Source of the DNA: Candidatus Multivoradales bacterium
GTDB lineage: Bacteria; Acidobacteriota; Thermoanaerobaculia; Multivoradales; JAHEKO01
Assembly: GCA_965223855.1 (NCBI GenBank)
Contig: CBDCXM010000009.1
Coordinates: 1,440,001-1,504,000 of the forward strand
DNA: 64,000 bases
Direction of reading: 5' to 3'
Position numbers and translations under genes: made by a program. The notes beneath the pieces are model-generated. The model saw only the letters and a program-made list of their open reading frames with translations. It ran no database searches and had not been told where the DNA came from. Position 1 is the stretch's first letter; each line of letters opens with the position of its first letter. Shown one piece after another: positions 38,661-46,968 of this stretch.

Positions 38661-40328
38661 TTACTCTCCGATGGCTGCTCGAAGTGCCTCCAGTCCTGCG
38701 TTCTGGTCCGCCTCCAGCCCGGTTCGGATGCCGTCGAACATCGCCTTGTAGGCCTCGAAGTCGGACTGACCGTCGAAAGGTGCCGTGGCTGCCGTGGGCC
38801 AGGCGCACGAGAAGGCGTGGAGTGTCCCGGTCGAGCCGGGCGTGATCCCCAACGATCCGTTCTCTACCGTCGTCACGCTGTACTTCGTATAGATCAGCCA
38901 GTTCGCCGGACTCATCGTGCTGTCCGGTGACCACTGCCAGGTCGCCTTCGTACTCTGCAGCGCCGTCACTTCGAAGATCTGCGGGCTCGGAACCGTCACG
39001 CAGACCTGATCGCTCCCCGACCCGACGCAGATCTGGTCGTTGTTCGGCCCTGCCAGACCCTTGCCGAAGAGGTTCGCGAGATCGACACCGATGGGGGCGC
39101 CGTTGCCGCCGTCCGGGGTGTAGAGGCTGGTGACGTTGTCGAAGGCGACGATGTCGAAGCCGTCGCCCTTGCCGTTGGCCTGCAGGAAGTTGACGAGATG
39201 GGCGACGCCGGTGTTGTCGGCGTAACCGCCGTCGGCGAGGCGGACGAAGTCGGCGTCGGCCAGCTCCTGGACCGTGAGGTCGGCCGCTGACTGGAGGCTG
39301 ATCGGTGGGGTGAGTGAGAACGGTAGCGCGAGGTCCGAGAGCTCGTAGGCGATCTGCCAGGCGAAGTCGTAGCCGTTGTCTTCGACGACGGTGTGGCTGG
39401 CGGCGGCGCCGGCAGCAGCACTCGAGGCCGCCGCGGCGACCATGACGGGGACCTGCTCGGTGGCGAGCGGGTTGTCGATCGAAGCGTCCGCCTTGGAGGG
39501 GTCGAAGATGGCGTTCTCGGTGTAGTGCAGATCGAAGCCGCCGGCGGAAAGGAAGTCGGGCGCCGTGAGGCCGCTCGCGACACTCGCGAACGCCAGCGGA
39601 GTGACGGTGGTCTGGGTCGGGCCGGTGGTGGTGCGTTGGGCGTCGTAGTAGAGCTTGTCGAGAAAGTCGTTCTCGTTCAGGACGGCCTGGTCGGTGAGCA
39701 TGGTGGCGGCCATGACGAGCGACTTTCCGTCCGCCCAGGAGTTGCGCTTGCCGCTCAGGAGCCGCCCGTCGAGCTCGGTCGCCATGCCGAACGGCTCGAA
39801 GACGACGTCCTGGACGATGTCGTTCCACACCGGCAGGTCGTGGTCGGTGAGGCCCGCGAGGCGGCAGTAGAAGCGCAGGAAGGTGTCGTCCTTGGGGATG
39901 ACCGTGCAGTCGCTGCTCTTCGGGATCTTCTCCAGGAGCTTCTCCTGCAGACCGAGGTAGCCGGTCGTGGGGTAGTTCTCGAACGCGTCCGCGCCTTCGA
40001 TCGACTTCTGGAAGGCGTCGGAGTAGGCGAGCATGGTGAGGAACCAGCTGCCGCCGGAGTTGGAGCCGAGTGCGTCGACGTTTCCGAAGACGTCGTCGAG
40101 GGTGTACTTGCCGCCTTCGAGCAGGCTCATGATCCATGCGGCGTGGGCGGTGTGGGCTCGCCAGCCGCCGCCGGCGAAGGCGACTTGGACGGTCTGAGCG
40201 CTCGGAGTCGGTTCGGCGCCCGGCTCGGCGCCCGGGTCGGCTGGTGGGGCTTCGCCGCCGTCACCGGTCGGTGAGGCGCAGGCGGCCAGCAGGCACAGCG
40301 CTGGAATCAGGATGAATGCGTTTCTCAT
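38661..40328 (-). CDS. cPLA2/patatin-like phospholipase lipoprotein
   Basis: AGGAG RBS; lipobox LAAC; AGGGWRA oxyanion motif; SNSGGSW nucleophile; LADGGYADN. Confidence 0.7.
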   Translation of the reverse strand: MRNAFILIPALCLLAACASPTGDGGEAPPADPGAEPGAEPTPSAQTVQVAFAGGGWRAHTAHAAWIMSLLEGGKYTLDDVFGNVDALGSNSGGSWFLTMLAYSDAFQKSIEGADAFENYPTTGYLGLQEKLLEKIPKSSDCTVIPKDDTFLRFYCRLAGLTDHDLPVWNDIVQDVVFEPFGMATELDGRLLSGKRNSWADGKSLVMAATMLTDQAVLNENDFLDKLYYDAQRTTTGPTQTTVTPLAFASVASGLTAPDFLSAGGFDLHYTENAIFDPSKADASIDNPLATEQVPVMVAAAASSAAAGAAASHTVVEDNGYDFAWQIAYELSDLALPFSLTPPISLQSAADLTVQELADADFVRLADGGYADNTGVAHLVNFLQANGKGDGFDIVAFDNVTSLYTPDGGNGAPIGVDLANLFGKGLAGPNNDQICVGSGSDQVCVTVPSPQIFEVTALQSTKATWQWSPDSTMSPANWLIYTKYSVTTVENGSLGITPGSTGTLHAFSCAWPTAATAPFDGQSDFEAYKAMFDGIRTGLEADQNAGLEALRAAIGE

Positions 40329-40503
40329 CGGCTCTCTCCTCCTCGGTCGTGCCGTCTGTGACTCCCGGCACTTCCCGCCGTTCCGGAGCGTCCTGCTGCG
40401 GTTCCGCACCGGGATCGCAGGGTTTTCAAGGGTGAATGTCTGCATGCAAGGTAGCACACAGATCCCCGGAGCGACTGCGCTGCCAGCCGCCCCGGCATGC
40501 TGG

Positions 40504-41820
40504 CTACCTGGGCGTCGGCACCCCGTTGGCGGCGGCGTAGCGCCACAGCCAGCGGTGAAAGCTCTCCTCCAGCGCCGCCGGCTCCGTGTCGAGCTGGCGC
40601 CACAGTTCGGCTCCGGCGGTCGACCCGCCGGCGACGAGTCCGGCGAGATAGCGCCGCAGTCTGTCGCCCGACTCCTCGCCTTCGCCGTCGAGCAGGTAGC
40701 GGACGAGAAAGCCGGACTGGCCGTAGTAGAACTGCCGGTACCCCGGCTGCACGAAGCCGACCCATGGCAGGTCGACCAGCAGCTCGACCGACGGCCTGGC
40801 CGCGCTGTTCCACTCGTGAAGCAGCCAGGCCAGAGACGCATGTGGCGTGGCGCCGAAGGGATTGTTGATCGCCTGGCGGGGCGACTGCATCTTGAGGACG
40901 CCTCGGGCTCCGCGGGTGACGGTGGTGATCGTCATCCCCTGCCGGCCGAGGGTGCCGAGTCGCAGTCCACCCTCGGCGTCGGCGGCGCTGAACGACAGGT
41001 CTTCGGCCATTCCCTCCTCGAGCCACGGTGCCACCTGCCGGCCGAGCGCGCGGGCGTTGAGCAGGTGGACGAGTTCGTGGAGCAGCAACTGCCGCACCGC
41101 GTCTTTGTGACGCCCACCGGTGAACATCACCGACAGCCCTGCCGTCGTGTGGCCGAGCGTCCCGAGGCCGGCGATCGCTGGCTCGTCCGCCTCGTAGCGA
41201 CGGTAGTCCTTCTCGCGCTCGAAGAGCACGAGCGCCTCGCCGCCGTCGAGCTCCGGCTCGAGCCCGTAACGCTCACTGTAGGCGCGGACGACATCGGCCG
41301 CCGCTCCCCTCAACAGTTCGAGCAGCGCTCCGTCGTCGACGTCGGTGTAGAGGCGGAACGGACCGAGCACGCCGGCGCTCTCGCGGTCGCCGAGGATTTG
41401 GCGTGCGCGGCGGAGACGCTCCTCGTCGGGGCGGGCGACCGGCAGCGCCAGCACCGGCGTCGCCTCGACAGGCAGGTCGCCGTCGGTCCACACCCAGGCG
41501 ACCCAGCTCTCGTGCCGGATCTTCGCCCACGAGCCGTGCTCCTCGAGAACGACGGCGCGCGACGTGGAAGCCAGCACGTCGAGGACTCGCGAGCGCGCGT
41601 CGGGATACTGGAAGAGCCGGCTGCCGGCCGGCAGATCGAGGCCGTCCTCGCTCGTCGCTCCGAAGTCGAACGCCGCGCTCCGCCCGTGGGTCGCCGTTTC
41701 CTCCTGCGATGGGGCGTCCGACACCGCCTCCTCCTGGGCGGGAAGAGCGGGAGTCGGAATCAGCAGGCACAAAGCGGCGAGCAGGCTCCCTGCCGACTGC
41801 GACAGTCGCGGCTCTTTCAT
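40504..41820 (-). CDS. Secreted SH3-like + HExxH (DUF1570-like) putative metallopeptidase
   Basis: Signal peptide; GSWAKIRHESWVAWV (SH3-like); LLHELVH...WLEEGMAE; YYGQS...VRYLL. Confidence 0.7.
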   Translation of the reverse strand: MKEPRLSQSAGSLLAALCLLIPTPALPAQEEAVSDAPSQEETATHGRSAAFDFGATSEDGLDLPAGSRLFQYPDARSRVLDVLASTSRAVVLEEHGSWAKIRHESWVAWVWTDGDLPVEATPVLALPVARPDEERLRRARQILGDRESAGVLGPFRLYTDVDDGALLELLRGAAADVVRAYSERYGLEPELDGGEALVLFEREKDYRRYEADEPAIAGLGTLGHTTAGLSVMFTGGRHKDAVRQLLLHELVHLLNARALGRQVAPWLEEGMAEDLSFSAADAEGGLRLGTLGRQGMTITTVTRGARGVLKMQSPRQAINNPFGATPHASLAWLLHEWNSAARPSVELLVDLPWVGFVQPGYRQFYYGQSGFLVRYLLDGEGEESGDRLRRYLAGLVAGGSTAGAELWRQLDTEPAALEESFHRWLWRYAAANGVPTPR

Positions 41821-43157
41821 CTCGAGCCCGCGAGTATGCCGGCCGGCCGTATCCGGTCGTCGGCGCCGTCGAGCGAGAGGAGGTGCGGCAGATGCCTGCC
41901 CACCAGCCAGACGATCCGTTGCCGGTCCAGTTCCCGGAAGAGCCGGCGATTCGCCGCCTGGAGCTTCGCGTAGCTTCCGGCGGCGACCGACTCGCCCCAG
42001 CCCGGGGCGATCTCGGTCTCGTCGCCGAGCCGCCAGACGAAGAGGGGAACGTGCAGGGACTCCAGGTAGCGGCGGGCCATCGACGGCTCGATCGAGCTGT
42101 CGTCGCGGTCCGAGCCCGAGAGCAGCAGCAGGACGCCGCGGCGGTGGTTCGAGGCCGCTACGGTGACGCCCGCGACGGCGACGGCGTCGGCCAGCCGCGA
42201 GGCACCGTCCCCTTCCGGCGGCAGGACGCCGAACAGCAGTTGGGGCATCGCCGCCTCTTCACCCAGGAATCTCTGGGAGTGCGGGAAGAGATCGAACGAG
42301 GCGCCCGACGGGCCGGTGCGCTCGGGAACCGGATAGAGGAACTCGATGCGCCGGTCGAGATCGGTCCGCACGGACGATTCCCTCAACTCCGGACGGACCG
42401 CGTTGGGTGCGGCGATCGCGGTCACCTCTCGTGGAGCACGCCGGTAGATCTCGGCGAGCGCTTCCCTGGCTCCCATGTCCGGGACGACGACGAGATCGAG
42501 GGGGCCGCGATCGACCGCCGCGACCTCGAGAGCCCGGCCGCCAACCGTGATCCGGCCGGCGAGCTCGTCTGCGGTGGGGGACTTGCGCCTCGATTCGACC
42601 GTCACCGGCAGGGCCGTCATTTCGCTCTCGACCTTGTCGGCGAAGGAGCCTCCGAACACCAGTTCCGCCGTCGAGACCAACCCCTCGCCGAACACGACCT
42701 CGGCGCGGAGGAAGTGGAGCTGCTCGAGCTCGAGGGGCGGCAGGGCGATGGTCGAGACATCTTCGACCGCCAGCGGCAGGCCGTCGAGTGCCACCGCGAT
42801 CGACTGCGGTTCGCGCCCGGCGACCACGGCCCAGTCCAGGCGGACCGCCGTCGGCACTCCGTCGCCGTCTTCGATCAGGGACAGACTGAGCTCCGTCGGC
42901 TCGCGGGGCAGGTTGATCCACTGGCGGATCCGGCCGACCTCTCCTCCGAGGCCGTCCCGGGCGATGGCCATCAACTCGTGCGGCAGCAGCTCGGAACCGA
43001 AGTCGCAGACTGCCCGCCAGGGAGGTTCCATGACGAGGCCGAACCTCTCGCCGTCGAGCAGGAACTCGACCTCGGCGACCTCGCCGCCGACGGCGACCTC
43101 CACCGGATGCGCACCGAGGGTGAGGCCGAGAAAGAGGCTGGCGAAACTCAGAGACAC
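41817..43157 (-). CDS. Ig-like + degenerate VWA-like hypothetical protein
   Basis: VEFLLDG...PPW...HEL.AIARD (Ig-like); LADAVAVAG...RRGVLLLL...YLESLHVPLFVW (VWA-like); ATGA overlap with the downstream gene. Confidence 0.6.
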   Translation of the reverse strand: MSLSFASLFLGLTLGAHPVEVAVGGEVAEVEFLLDGERFGLVMEPPWRAVCDFGSELLPHELMAIARDGLGGEVGRIRQWINLPREPTELSLSLIEDGDGVPTAVRLDWAVVAGREPQSIAVALDGLPLAVEDVSTIALPPLELEQLHFLRAEVVFGEGLVSTAELVFGGSFADKVESEMTALPVTVESRRKSPTADELAGRITVGGRALEVAAVDRGPLDLVVVPDMGAREALAEIYRRAPREVTAIAAPNAVRPELRESSVRTDLDRRIEFLYPVPERTGPSGASFDLFPHSQRFLGEEAAMPQLLFGVLPPEGDGASRLADAVAVAGVTVAASNHRRGVLLLLSGSDRDDSSIEPSMARRYLESLHVPLFVWRLGDETEIAPGWGESVAAGSYAKLQAANRRLFRELDRQRIVWLVGRHLPHLLSLDGADDRIRPAGILAGSR

Positions 43158-43203
43158 TCCGGATCTCCCATGGCGAAGCTCAGCTCGGGTCCTCGGCCGC
43201 CGC

Positions 43204-43263
43204 CTAGGGGACGGTGTTGGACCAGGATGTGGTGTCGCCGCTCTCGAAGCCGTCCTCGAAGAC
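43204..43263 (-). other. C-terminal 19-aa DGFE tag, copy 1
   Basis: VFEDGFESGDTTSWSNTVP-stop. Confidence 0.75.
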
Positions 43264-44235
43264 GAGGTTGCTGGCGTTCAGGATCTCACTCCTGATTTCT
43301 CCGTTGGGGAAGGCCGCAGAGTGAATGTTGACGTAGAGCTCACCGCCGAAGAGGTCGTCGATCAGGTCCGTGAGATCGACCGCCGGCACGAAGATCGGAC
43401 TCGTCGGGTCACCGAGGTCCCTCACGATCGGCCCGTTCATCCCCGGTGCCCCTCTGTGGATGTGTGCCCCCGTCGGATTGGCCACGTCGTGATCGATCTC
43501 GACCCAGAAGATGAGACCGCCGGGCACGTTCGGCCCGAGCCGAACCGTGCCGTGCGCCGCAGTATTCACCGGCGGCACCTCCTGACTGCCGTCCGCCATG
43601 CCGCCGTGGGGGGAGACCTGAAGCCCGGTTCGCAGAGCTCTCAGCGCCGGCGCGCCGTTGCGGCAGTCCTCGTCCGGATTGTCCGGTGGATCGCCCTTCC
43701 AGCACGGGTTGATGGCCGTGCCCGCGCTCTCGTCGGTGCCGAGGAACTGCCCCGGGGTCTGACTCCCGTCGAGGATCGTGCAGGCCGATGTGATCTGGAC
43801 GGCGTCCAGGCCGACCGAGAAGCGCCCCGAAGCCTGCAGGACCGTCGTCACCCATCTGCGGGAGGCTGGGAAGTTCGGGACGTTCTGGACGACGTCCTGC
43901 GTCGGGCCGGCCACGATCGCGTTCGGCTTCATCGGCCCGGCACCGATGAGCGCTCGACGAACCTGGGCGGTGATCGGCATCGTCGAAGCGCCGGTCGTCT
44001 CGGTCGCCTCGATCTGCACGGCGTTGATGAAGTAGTTGCCGCCGTCGAGACAGACCGGCGGCACGACGATCTCCGAGCAGTACTCGACGACGGAGCCGGG
44101 CTGCGCACCCAGACCGTTCTCGTTTGTGCCGTCGAACGGCATGAGGGTGCATGGATCCTGAGCCGCCGCGGGACCGGCCAGGGTGGCCAGCAGCGCAAGG
44201 GTCGGCGACCAGTGGATGCGGGAGTCGTGCGTCAT
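43204..44235 (-). CDS. Secreted CHRD-domain protein with C-terminal DGFE tag
   Basis: Signal peptide; CHRD GSQEVPPV...AHIHRGAPGMNGPIV...LYVNIHSAAFPNGEIR; ends VFEDGFESGDTTSWSNTVP. Confidence 0.85.
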   Translation of the reverse strand: MTHDSRIHWSPTLALLATLAGPAAAQDPCTLMPFDGTNENGLGAQPGSVVEYCSEIVVPPVCLDGGNYFINAVQIEATETTGASTMPITAQVRRALIGAGPMKPNAIVAGPTQDVVQNVPNFPASRRWVTTVLQASGRFSVGLDAVQITSACTILDGSQTPGQFLGTDESAGTAINPCWKGDPPDNPDEDCRNGAPALRALRTGLQVSPHGGMADGSQEVPPVNTAAHGTVRLGPNVPGGLIFWVEIDHDVANPTGAHIHRGAPGMNGPIVRDLGDPTSPIFVPAVDLTDLIDDLFGGELYVNIHSAAFPNGEIRSEILNASNLVFEDGFESGDTTSWSNTVP

Positions 44236-44388
44236 GGGACTCGCTCCTGATGGGCTTCTTTGGGATCGAGCCCTGATCGTACCAAGTGCTCGATGGACTG
44301 GCGGTGCCTCGGTGGGCGCAGCCCGTTGCAGGGGAGTGCGGGCAGGCACTCCAACGCCGCTCATCCACCGGCTGCGGAGGCCCGTGGG

Positions 44389-46404
44389 TCAGCTCTGGCC
44401 GTCGTCGACCATCGGCTCGAGTCCCACGCGATCGCCTCCAGTGCGCAGGCTCACCACGAGCCATCGCTCGTCGGCCTCGCCGGCGCGGAAGGGCACTGCG
44501 GCCGAGCCGACGATCTCGAGACCATGGCCCTCGACCCATGCTTCGGCACCCCTGCGGCCGCCGGTGAAGGCCTCGGCATGGAGGACGAGGGTGCCAAAGC
44601 CGCGCGCCCGGAGTTCGGCCGGCTTCGCCGTCGTCTCGATCAGCACCACCTTGCGGCTGCCGTAGGGGCGCCACAGTGAAGCGCGGGCCTCTCGCGCAAC
44701 TCCCATGACAGCGACTTCGCGCTCCGCAGGGTCGAGGAAGGCTCGCACCGGCGCCAGCGCATCGCGACGGCTGCGGTGTGCCTGGTAGACGCGGCGGGCG
44801 CGTTCGACCGCAGGCGATGTCGGCAGGCGATCGAGGACCGGCTCGACCGGCAGCAGCGGTCGCGCCGGGTGGACGAAAAGCACGGGCAGAATGGACAGAG
44901 CGCACAGCGCGGCCGCGGCCCGCCACCAGCGGGCGCGAATCAGGCGCCGATGGCCGGCCGGCAGTAGCAGGAAGGCGACTCCCAGCGGGTAGTAGGGAGC
45001 CAGCAGGCGGGCGGTCGCCTCGCTGCCCATACGTGTCATGTAGACGAGGAGAGCGACGGCGCCACCGGCAAGGATCGCCGCCGTGTGGCTTCGGGACGGC
45101 CTCGGCGCGGGAGAGCTCCCTCGAAAAGGAAGCTGGGAGCGTGGAAGTGGCGGTGCGGAGGCTCTTTCCCGGAACCACACGCCCGAGATCGCCGAGACCA
45201 CCAGCAGTGCCGCCAGTGGCAGCCCCAGTCCGCGATCGCCGGCGCCGGGGAGCTCGGCGACTCGCAGGCTGAACCGGGGGAATTTGCGATCGAGCCAGCT
45301 CACAACCGATGAGGGCAGGGCCTTCTCTACGACCCGGTTCCAGCTCGTCGCCCCGGGAAGCACCGTAGGCGAGAAGTTGGCGTTCGCCAGTTGGAGAGAG
45401 TTGCCGATCACGCCCGCGAGCGGGCTCTCGAGCTGCAGTTCCTTCGCGTTGCCCGGGTCGCCGGAGTAGTGGCCGGTCTCGGCGTGGTTGATCGCCGCAT
45501 TCGGAGCGGCCGAGCAGAGAAGACCGAGAACGAGGCCGACCGCCGTGGCGGGCAACCCGCGCCGCAGAGGGTTCAGGGCCGGCAGCAGCGCGATCGCCAG
45601 TGGCAGCAACAGGGGTACGTTGGAAAGCTTGAAGGAGGTCGCCAAGGCTGCCGCCAGAATCGCGAGCACCACGAAGGCGGGCTGGTGCGTCCGGCGGGCG
45701 CGGAGGGCGAAGACCAGAGACGCGAGCAGGAAGGTCGCGGCGACGGCGTCGTTGCCGACGTCGGCGGCCTGCATCGCGTAGACGACGCCGGTCGGCAGCA
45801 GCCACATCCACGACCAGGCGACCCTGGGACTCACGCCGAGCAGTGTGAAGGCCTGGAAGACGAGGCCGGGCAGCAGGAGGAAGCCGATGAAGTTGAAGAG
45901 GAAGAACAGGCGGTCGGTGCCGAACAGCACGAAGGGCACCGCCAGCATCCACTCGAGGCCGCTGGCGGCGATGTTGATGAGCGGCTCGCGCGCGCCCTCG
46001 ATCCACTGCCACTCTCCCTCCCATGCCCAGTGGAAGAGGCGTGGCAGGCGGTAGGTCAGGGCGTCCGCCTGGGAGGTGGTGTAGAGACTGCCTGCGAGAA
46101 AGGTTGTCGCTGCCACCAGGAAGTAGGCTCGAGGCAGCCAGCGTCGAGACCGCCGGCGCGCTCGCTGCAGACCTCTCCGGCACCGATGCAGGACGCTCCC
46201 GGGTCGCGGCCGACCGACGAACCAGAACCCTGCCGCGAGCAGGGGAAGGGTGGTCAGATAGCCGGTGACCGTCAGCGCCCCGGCCGCGGAAAGGAGCCAG
46301 CCGGCCGTCTGACACCAGGCGGCGAGAACGACCCAGCACGCGGCTTCGGCCCCGGGAAAGCACTGGGGGCGTGCGGCAGCAGCGGTTGGGACCTCGTGAG
46401 CGAT
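44389..46404 (-). CDS. Multi-TM GT-C-like (ArnT/PMT-type) membrane glycosyltransferase; probable ATC start
   Basis: DALTYRLPRLFHW; GND...; FKLSN. The frame stays open upstream of GTG 46116 to a stop at 46414-46416 and encodes further TM helices (CWVVLAAWCQTAGWLLS...GYLTTLPLLAAGFWFV). Confidence 0.65.
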   Translation of the reverse strand: MAHEVPTAAAARPQCFPGAEAACWVVLAAWCQTAGWLLSAAGALTVTGYLTTLPLLAAGFWFVGRPRPGSVLHRCRRGLQRARRRSRRWLPRAYFLVAATTFLAGSLYTTSQADALTYRLPRLFHWAWEGEWQWIEGAREPLINIAASGLEWMLAVPFVLFGTDRLFFLFNFIGFLLLPGLVFQAFTLLGVSPRVAWSWMWLLPTGVVYAMQAADVGNDAVAATFLLASLVFALRARRTHQPAFVVLAILAAALATSFKLSNVPLLLPLAIALLPALNPLRRGLPATAVGLVLGLLCSAAPNAAINHAETGHYSGDPGNAKELQLESPLAGVIGNSLQLANANFSPTVLPGATSWNRVVEKALPSSVVSWLDRKFPRFSLRVAELPGAGDRGLGLPLAALLVVSAISGVWFRERASAPPLPRSQLPFRGSSPAPRPSRSHTAAILAGGAVALLVYMTRMGSEATARLLAPYYPLGVAFLLLPAGHRRLIRARWWRAAAALCALSILPVLFVHPARPLLPVEPVLDRLPTSPAVERARRVYQAHRSRRDALAPVRAFLDPAEREVAVMGVAREARASLWRPYGSRKVVLIETTAKPAELRARGFGTLVLHAEAFTGGRRGAEAWVEGHGLEIVGSAAVPFRAGEADERWLVVSLRTGGDRVGLEPMVDDGQS

Positions 46405-46506
46405 GGAGCGAGTCTAGCCCGCCTACTTCGGGGGTCGTGCCGGCTTCAGTCGGCCCGGTGCAACCGAAACGCATGCGCGAGCGGACTGAAGTTGTAGGAG
46501 GTCCTG

Positions 46507-46899
46507 ATGCACAGATTCGCTCTCGCTACTCTCGTGTTCGTCTCTGCCCTTGCCGCGCTACCGGTCGAAGGTCAGGAGCCGTCCCCGCCGTCGACGGAAG
46601 CTCTCGCCGGCACCTGGACGGTCGACCTGCGCCCCACCCCGGACTCCGAGCCCTACTTTCAGGAGTTCACGCTCGAGTGGGGCGACGAGGGTCCGGTCGG
46701 CACGTTCTACGGCACGTCGATCGAGGAGGTCCGCACCAACACCGCGTGGGGGGTGATCTGGATCGCCTTCGTCACCCGCGACGGATCGGGGGCGTACCAC
46801 ACGACGGCGAAGCTCGTTGGCGATCGCCTGGAGGGGACGACCCACTCCCTCGGCCGCGGCTTCCTGTCGCCCTGGACGGCTGTTCGTTCGATCCCCTGA
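46507..46899 (+). CDS. Secreted small beta-rich hypothetical protein
   Basis: AGGAGG RBS; signal peptide; LAGTWTVDLRP...GTFYG...LEGTTHS..R.FL..W. Confidence 0.75.
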   Translation: MHRFALATLVFVSALAALPVEGQEPSPPSTEALAGTWTVDLRPTPDSEPYFQEFTLEWGDEGPVGTFYGTSIEEVRTNTAWGVIWIAFVTRDGSGAYHTTAKLVGDRLEGTTHSLGRGFLSPWTAVRSIP

Positions 46900-46968
46900 G
46901 TGGAGATCTCTCCGCCTGATCGAACGCGGTCGATGGATCTCAGCTTCAGCGGTGGGCCGACGACTCTC

